From Octopus sinensis (lineage: Eukaryota), in contig NW_021825283.1 of the NCBI RefSeq assembly GCF_006345805.1, forward strand, positions 1 to 16,079: a DNA stretch of 16,079 bases. The letters are read 5' to 3'. The notes below the pieces were generated by a model. It was not told the DNA's origin. It did no database searches and saw only the letters and a program-made list of their open reading frames with translations. Shown here piece by piece: positions 8,355-16,079 of this stretch; position 1 is the first letter of the stretch; each line of letters starts with the position of its first letter. Position numbers and translations under genes: made by a program.

Positions 8355-8868
8355 CGTGCATATATAAATATATATATATATATAATACGTACATATATAC
8401 ATATATTTCTGTATGAATATATGTATATGTATGTATTTATATATATATATATAATGCGTATATATATATATACATATATTTATGTATGAATATATATATA
8501 TATATATATACATACATATATATATGTATATATGTATATATATATAAGTACATATGTATATGTGTATATGTGTATATGTGTATGTATATTTATATAAATT
8601 TATATACACTTGTGTTTGTATGTATATATATATATATTTACATATTAACATTAACATATATATGTATAGATAATTGTATATCAAATATGAGTATATATAT
8701 TCATATATATATATTTACACACATGCATACGTACGTATATAAATACATACATATGTGTATGTACATAAGTATATGCATATACATATATGTACATCGAATA
8801 TAGTTCTCGCACCGTATGTCTATATGTGTGGGCATGTTTTTGTGTCTATGTGTCTGTGTGTGTGTGTA
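8355..8868. repeat. TA/TG-rich degenerate microsatellite block
   Basis: Direct reading. Confidence 0.9.
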
Positions 8869-9741
8869 ACTAAGCGGATCTAAAAGAAAATAGCTCAAAA
8901 TTGGCCAGTGGCATCAATTTGGATAACAAAGCGAAGTGAGTGTAATGGATGCCGTACGCGATAAATTTTGCTTTTATTCAAATTTTCCTGACGGCCAGAG
9001 AAATAATACAAATGCCTAGCAACATTTGATATTAAATCTGAATGAAAATGGGAGAATATCCTCAACGAACAAAAATAAATTGAAATCTGAATTCACATAC
9101 AAAGTAAATGTTAACCCTCGCCTCCCAAGCAGTAAAGATATTTCTTTTGGAGTTTATGCATAACCATGGACAGATGTTTCGTCTTCTGTTTGGTCTCATC
9201 ATTTTGTTTCTATTTCGAATCTGATCAGTTTTAGATCACCTAGTTATATATGAAATCAATTGATGGGTTCTATTCTTCCTGGAGAGGCTTTTGAATAATT
9301 AGCACTAAAACAAAAGACAATAATACACTGAATTATGTAGCTTGAAGGTCTGATGTATCAATATGAAAGAGAAATATACGGGAAACATTTCACAATAATT
9401 TCTTTTTCTATTAAAGCTTTTACAGTTAAAGAAGTGAATAATATCGCTACACTCAATGGTTAGCAACGCTGAATTCCAGGACAAGCTTATTTCATGAAAC
9501 GAAAATAATTTCGATATTGAGTTGAAAGAAATGGAAGAAGTGGCACTGTTTCTGAGTTATGCTTTATTCTCATTTGAACTTGCAATCTTATTATGCTAAG
9601 GTAATACTTAAATAAAGGCTATATATATGAATATATTTATAAGTATGTATGTATATACTACGATGAGTGTATATAGCAATTGAGTACTACATTTGATTCA
9701 GAAATTTCTAAAATCTGTATTATAGTACATTAAATATGTCT

Positions 9742-9808
9742 GACCAAAGCCTTGTGAGTGGATTTGGTAGACGGATGCTGAAATAAGTTCGTCGTCGTAT
9801 ATATATAT

Positions 9809-9842
<34 letters not shown>

Positions 9843-10128
9843 CATGTGTGTATATTTATGTGCATGTGGGTATGTATGTGTACGTGTGTATGTGTGCATG
9901 TGTGTCTTTGTGTCTGTGTTTGTTCTATTCCCCAAACGCTGGACAACAGGTGTTGGTATGTTTACGTCCCCATATCTTAGCGGTTCAGTAAAAATTCCGA
10001 TAGAATAAGTACCTGGCTTTAAAAAATATGTACCGGGGTCGAGTCGCTCGACTAAACTTCATAGCGGTGTTCCAGCATGACTACAGTCTAGTGAGTGAAA
10101 CAAGTGAAAGATGAGCAATGAAAGATGA
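9742..10128 (+). mobile_element. Headless SINE with an internal (TA)n/(TG)n microsatellite
   Basis: GACCAAAGCCTTGTGAGTGGATTTGGTAGACGG, then microsatellite, then GTTTACGTCCCC..CTTAGCGGTTC..GATAGAATAAGTACC..GGGGTCGA..CGACTAAA..GCGGTGTTCCAGCATG..GAAACAAG and a short GAAAGATGA repeat tail. Homologous pieces occur at 953-1030, 3418-3505, 3620-3843 and 11085-11150. Confidence 0.8.
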
Positions 10129-10145
10129 ACAAATAACGATCACGT

Positions 10146-10232
10146 GGGCAAGTTGGCAGAATTGTTAGAGCATTGAGACAAAACGCACGGTGTTATTTCT
10201 TCCGACTAGGTTCAATTTCTACCGAAAATAAA
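10146..10232 (+). mobile_element. Degenerate SINE head fragment
   Basis: GGGCAAGTTGGCAGAATTGTTAGAGCA...AGGTTCAATTTC resembles the A-box/B-box head of the 10259-10840 family in the opposite orientation. Confidence 0.5.
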
Positions 10233-10258
10233 TTTGCTACACGTTACCAGCCTAATAT

Positions 10259-10840
10259 ACTTTTCTACTCTAGGCATAAGGCACGAAATTTTTAGGGAGG
10301 GCTTAGTCGATTAGAGTGATAGCAGTGCGCAACTGGTACTTATTTAATCGACCCCGAAAGGATGAAAGGCGAAGTCGACCACGGAGGAATTTAAACTCAG
10401 AACGTAGCGGCAGATGAAATGCTAAGGATTTCGCCCGGCGTGCTAACGTTTCTTATATCTTCATTGCCCACAAGGGGCTAAACAAAGATGGGACAAACAA
10501 GGGCAGACAAAGGGTTTAAGCCGATAACATCGACCCCAGTGCGTAACTGGTACTTAATTTATCGACCTCGAAAGGAAGAAATGCAAAGTCGGCCTCGACG
10601 GAATTTGAACTCAGAACGTAACGGCAGACGAAATACCTATTTCTTTATTACCCACAAGGGGCTAAACACAGAGGGGACAAACAAGGACAGACAAATGGAT
10701 TAAGTCGATTATATCGACTCCAGTGCGTAATTTATCGACCCCGAAAGGGTGAAAGGCAAAGTCGTAATTTGAAACGGCAGACGAAATACGGCTAAGCATT
10801 TCGTCCGGCGTGCTAACGTTTCTGCCGGCTTCCCACCTTG
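10259..10840 (-). mobile_element. Trimeric tRNA-type SINE flanked by a 16-bp TSD
   Basis: Three related units of about 190 bp (10837-10638, 10637-10452, 10451-10259). Flanks GTTACCAGCCTAATAT (10243-10258) and GTTACCAACCTAATAT (10841-10856), 15/16 identical. Confidence 0.9.
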
Positions 10841-11084
10841 GTTACCAACCTAATATCATTAGTCGATGATATTGACTAAGCTACCGCTCCTCGAAATTTC
10901 TGGACAGTTGCTTAAATCGGTAACTCACAAATAATTATAAACAGAACCTGGTTGGTACGTACTTAAAGCAAATTCAGAAATACAGGAGAAGAACCACAGG
11001 TATAAGAATGCTAAATCTACAGGTTTTATGGCTCCAACGAACAAGGTTGTAGATTTAGATGTAAACTGTAACAGAAAACGAAAG

Positions 11085-11150
11085 TATTCTCTTTTTCTTT
11101 TATTTTTTTTATGTTTCAACTCTGAGCCCGTGGGCATGCTGGGGCACCGC
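11085..11150 (-). mobile_element. SINE 3' tail fragment
   Basis: Minus strand GCGGTGCCCCAGCATG...TTGAAACATAAAAAAAATAAAAGAAAAAGAGAATA matches the GCGGTGTTCCAGCATG...GAAAC tail at 10063-10110. Confidence 0.65.
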
Positions 11151-11296
11151 GTGTAGGGTATATTTAATATAAATGATAGTGTTTAAAGTAGAACGAATCT
11201 ATCTTTATTTGGTTCTTTAAAGAATAATTGAATAAACCTAAAGTAGAGCAGGACCTACTTAGGAAATATTATTAGCGTATCGGCAGAAACAAACGT

Positions 11297-11312
11297 ATAT
11301 ATATATATATAT

Positions 11313-11358
<46 letters not shown>

Positions 11359-11692
11359 TTATATATGAATATACATATGTGTTGTGTGTGTGTGGTGTGT
11401 ATGATAGTGTACATTTAAATACAAGAGAAACTACCTTATAACGGTAAATCACACGCTAGAAGAAGCAGTCTAAAACGACCGAAGCCACATTTACAAGCAA
11501 TTTCGAAGGGAATTAAAAATAAAAACTTTTACCTATTATTGCAAATTATATATATATATATATAATCTATATATATTATATATATATATGTATATATATT
11601 ATATATATATATATGTATATATATGTAAATATATATATATGTATATATACATATATATATTGTAATATATATATATCTATATATATAAAAAT

Positions 11693-11724
<32 letters not shown>

Positions 11725-11800
11725 AGCATGTATGTATTATGTATGTATTATATATAGAGCGCATATGTGTATATAAATACATATACACCTATGAGTGCGT
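11297..11800. repeat. (TA)n/(TG)n microsatellite blocks with a unique spacer (about 11400-11545)
   Basis: Direct reading. Confidence 0.9.
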
Positions 11801-12111
11801 TCGTTTGTGTATGCGTGCGACTTGAGACTATGGGTGTCCTAACGTTTTTGAAGATACATGAATTTTTCTGATATCGTTTGACGAGCACAGAATAAAACGA
11901 GGGTAAAATGAGATACACGTACAAAACAAAGAAAAACCAAGCGAAAAAAACACAATCAAACCAAATTATGTGTAGGTGGGGCGGATAAGAGAATTTTAAA
12001 AAAACGTACACGCAAATAGTCATCAGTGCTCAATTTGTTGCGTTTCGAACATGTAAAAACAAACCATACAGAATAGGCAACAGGAGCGGCAGGAAGTTAC
12101 TTGTAGGCTCA

Positions 12112-12128
12112 TATATATGTATGTGTAT

Positions 12129-12179
<51 letters not shown>

Positions 12180-12850
12180 GATATATATATTATATATATA
12201 TCCATACTACATATAATACATACATAAATATTTATATACATATATATATATATGTATATATACATATATATGTATTTATACATATATATATATATATATA
12301 TATTTTATATATACCTACAAATATATGTATACATATATATATATACCATATACATATATATATATATATGTTGTATATACTATACAAATATATATATACA
12401 TATGTATATATAATATATGTACATATATATATATACATATATATGTATTATATGTACATATATATATGTATATATACATATACATATGTATATATATATA
12501 TATACATATGTATATATATATATGTACATATTATATACATATATATATGTATATATATATATACATATATATATATGTGTAGATATATTATATATATATA
12601 TATATACTATACATATGTATATATATATACATATACTTATATATGTATATATATGCATATACACACACACACATATATATATATATAAATATATACGTAT
12701 ATTCATATATGTATATATGTATAAATACATTCATACACACACTCACACGCACATATATATATTTATATGAGTATTTATATGTATGTATGTATGTGTGTAT
12801 GTATATATATATATGTGTGTGTGTATGTGTGTGTGTGTTTGTGTGTGTAT
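12112..12850. repeat. Long degenerate (TA)n/(TATG)n/(CA)n block
   Basis: Direct reading; source of the Y/I-rich ORFs. Confidence 0.95.
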
Positions 12851-13489
12851 GAACCAAAGGAATACCAACAAGTCTAAAAGCTAATCAATGTCTGTTTTAT
12901 ATCCCAATATACGTCCTGGCAATTGAATAGAACTTGGTATATAGAACACAGTTTTTGCAGAGGTGCGAAGGTAGTCTCGAGGGTGGATGCTCCATGCGTA
13001 TCTGCAAATGCTTCTACTAATGTGCAAGCACGAATGCATGAAAATGGTGTTTTTTTCCCACGAATTCATACACACGTTGGTGCGTTCGCCTGTAAACCTA
13101 TGCGTATGTGCGAGTGATAGCAAACGTGCGTGAGTACGTGAGTGCGTGTAAGAACTGCATTATTTCATTGTAGCAGATTCTTGCTTTTATTTTCCTTCTT
13201 GGTTCTTTTGCTTAATATTTCGTTTGCTTCATTTGTCAGAGGGGAGAAGAATAAGTTTATTTCTTTCAAGATGATTTTTTTTCTGCTTCTTTCGAGTTTA
13301 TTTACTTTTATATATTTATTTTTGTTTGTATTTGTAATTATTACTGTTGTAATTTTTATTAGTATCTGTTTTTCTCATTTTGTTGATATTCTTTGGACTC
13401 CATTTTATTCGGTGCTATTATTTTTGTTATTGTTATTATTATTACTATTATTATCGTTATTATCATGATGAACATCATCACCTTCTTTA

Positions 13490-13532
13490 TATATGTGTGT
13501 GTGTATAAGATTATATAAGACTGTATATAGAA

Positions 13533-13577
<45 letters not shown>

Positions 13578-13637
13578 TATATTTTAATGTAAATATATCA
13601 TTTATTTTATATTATTTATATATATCTATTATATATA

Positions 13638-13669
<32 letters not shown>

Positions 13670-13819
13670 CTTATTTATATATGTATATATATATGTGTGT
13701 GTTTGTGTGTGTGTGTGTGCAAGGATATACATGTGTGTGTATACAAATATAAATTTATACATATATATGTGTGTCTATATATATATATATATATGTATAT
13801 ATATGTATGTATATATATG

Positions 13820-13868
<49 letters not shown>

Positions 13869-13935
13869 GTGTTATATATATATATATATATATAATATAT
13901 AATATATATGTGTGTATATATATATATATTTACGA
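13490..13935. repeat. (TA)n/(TG)n block
   Basis: Direct reading. Confidence 0.95.
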
Positions 13936-14232
13936 TTGACTTTTACACCTCTTGTGTGTTTAATATGTTTTTATTTTCATTTTTTCTTTTATTGCGTTCT
14001 TGATTTTTTTTTTCACTTTTCGAGGGGAGGGGGCTTTTTTGTTTTTATGCGTGTGTCTGTTGTTGTTTCTTTTATGCGTTAACCAAGTTTCTTGGAAGAT
14101 GGAGAAAGCGAAAAATCCTAACTTTGAAAGGTTGAAAAAGTAGTGTGGGCATGTGCGTGTATGTTCGTATATATTTACGTATGTGTTTGTAAGGGGTTTT
14201 TTTTTAATGTGCGTCTGTATGAGTGTAAGTGT

Positions 14233-14561
14233 ACGTGTGTGTGTGTGTGTGTGTATGCGTGTGTGTATGTGTGTGTGTATGTGTGTGTGTATGTGTGTGT
14301 GTGTGTGTATGTTGTGTGTATGTGTGTGTGTGTGTATGTGTGTGTGTGTGTGTATGTGTGTGTGTGTATGTGTGTGTGTGTGTGTATGTGTGTGTGTGTG
14401 TATGCGTTGTGTATGTGTTGTTATGTGTGTGTGTGTGTTTATGTGTGTGTGTATTGTGGTGTGTGTGTATGTGTGTGTGTTGCCGGTGTGTATGTGTGTG
14501 GTGTGTGTTTATGTGTGGTGTGTATGTGTGTGTGTGTGTGTATGTGTGGTGTGTGTGTGTG
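14233..14561. repeat. (TG)n/(TGTA)n block
   Basis: Direct reading; source of the C/V ORFs. Confidence 0.95.
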
Positions 14562-14691
14562 CAGAAACACAGTCAAACTTCTGGTTGGAAAAAGCTATAT
14601 AATTAAGTTTTACCCAATTAATTTCCGTTAACTGATAACATCCATTCAAGCAACTCAGTTATGTACGAATGACGAATGAGGCGAGGTATCA

Positions 14692-15036
14692 GCGGCGGCG
14701 GCGGCGTCGATGGCAATGGAGGCAGTGAAGGTGGCGAAGATGGCGGCGGCGGCGACGGTGATAGTCTTGTAAGTGAAGGTGGTGGTGGTGGTGGTGATGG
14801 GTGGAGGTGGTGGGTGGAGGTAGATTCATCGCTGGGTCTGTTTGTGGTCGTGATTGTGGTTGTAGTTGAGGTGGTAATGATAAATGCAATGGTGTTGCCG
14901 ATGGTGAGGTCGTCGCTGCTTGTTGTTAATGTCTTTTTTTGCTGCTGTTAACAATTTTATAGTTTTTTTTTGTTTCTGTTACTGCTGTTGCTGTTATTTT
15001 CATTGTTGTTGTTATTGTTGTTGTTGTTGTTGTTGT
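14692..15036. repeat. Degenerate (GGC)n/(GGT)n grading into (TTG)n triplet low-complexity region
   Basis: Direct reading. Confidence 0.85.
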
Positions 15037-15559
15037 AATGAGAGTAATGGCAAGGAGGAGAGCTGCTACGAAACGATGATATTAAAAACATGCCAAAAAC
15101 TCTTAAGTTTGCCTAAAGGAAAGTTGATGAAAATTCGTTAGATGTTGTGCTTTATACAAAGATGAACACCAAACGGTGTTCTACAAACATTCAATATATT
15201 AAGAATAATATTAAAACCTGAAGTTAATCTCACCTGCTATAAAGATTTTTCTCTGCTCTATACGTTTTTGCACTTCCATCTCGGCTCATACTGCTAATCT
15301 TCCATTTCGTAAAAAGTCACGCAAACGAAAACTTTCATTTGGCACTATCATCTCTACTTCTCTGGAGTTCTATGTATATATATATATATGTTTGTGTATA
15401 TGTATATGTATATTTTTTTTTGTCTTTTGTTTTGGGTTACCTTTTTCTTTCATTTTTGTCTTCAGAAAACTTGGGTTACAGGATGGAACTCGGGCAAATT
15501 CACACGCAGCAACACACGCAATCACAATTATACACGCACACACATACATCCCAATATAT

Positions 15560-15750
15560 ATTAATATATATTATAATATTATATATATATATATATATGT
15601 ATATATACGTATATATATGTATATGTATATACATATATATGTATTTAGTATATATATATATATATATATGTATAACATATATATATATACATATATACAT
15701 AGAATAATATATACTATATATACATAGATATATACATATATGTATACATT

Positions 15751-15813
<63 letters not shown>

Positions 15814-15838
15814 ATGTATATATGCATGTATATATATA
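15560..15838. repeat. (TA)n block
   Basis: Direct reading. Confidence 0.95.
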
Positions 15839-16079
15839 TGCTGGTACACGCACGCAAGCACAGCGACACGCAGTTACCGTTTCACTCGGACGCTAAAATA
15901 CACATATCTGACATAAGTTTTCAAATATGTTCTTTAACAAAAAAGATGGTAATCAACATTGGTGCAACTGTACTGGCGCATACAGAAAAAACCATATACC
16001 ATTCAATATATATGAATATCATCGATACATTCATTAACCTACTTATTCATACAAATGGGTGTATGCGTGTATTCTTCTA

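Noticed and set aside
9426-9600. Segment between an AG acceptor (TTTTACAG) and an AAG|GTAATA donor
   Set aside because: All three frames hit stops within 40 nt, and such sites are common in AT-rich DNA.
3941-10840. Recurrent ~190-bp units with GTCGAC palindromes as a possible CRISPR or ribozyme array
   Set aside because: They are SINE subunits in eukaryotic DNA, with no repeat-spacer pattern and no hammerhead core on either strand.
11978-12097. GC box (GGGGCGG) and ETS-like CAGGAAGT
   Set aside because: These are isolated short motifs expected by chance, with no promoter context.
14676-14951. Gly-rich 91-aa ORF
   Set aside because: It is degenerate (GGC)n/(GGT)n low-complexity sequence with no splice or homology support.
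202-15853. ORFs in the supplied track rich in Y/I, C/V, F/L/S, L/S or poly-N/T/V
   Set aside because: They are direct translations of (TA)n, (TG)n, (GAAA)n, (CT)n and triplet microsatellites, with no domain signal.

Overview
This is AT-rich eukaryotic non-coding DNA, dominated by microsatellites and interspersed repeats. The SINE families look like those of octopod cephalopods (recognised from memory, not searched). No host protein-coding gene is supported: the ORFs in the track are translations of microsatellites, antisense frames of transposon sequence, or frames running across repeat junctions. Supported features are two hammerhead-ribozyme motifs on the + strand (a minimal Penelope-type motif at 535-572 and an extended type I fold at 1067-1148), a decayed R4/Dong-like non-LTR retrotransposon 3' end (zinc knuckle plus restriction-like endonuclease, - strand), an abutting (TAA)n-tailed repeat in the opposite orientation, a complete 357-bp non-autonomous Helitron with canonical termini, and several tRNA-type SINE copies. 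The SINEs include a dimer and a trimer flanked by target-site duplications. The hammerheads are the most interesting signal. Their activity is untested and both have core deviations.
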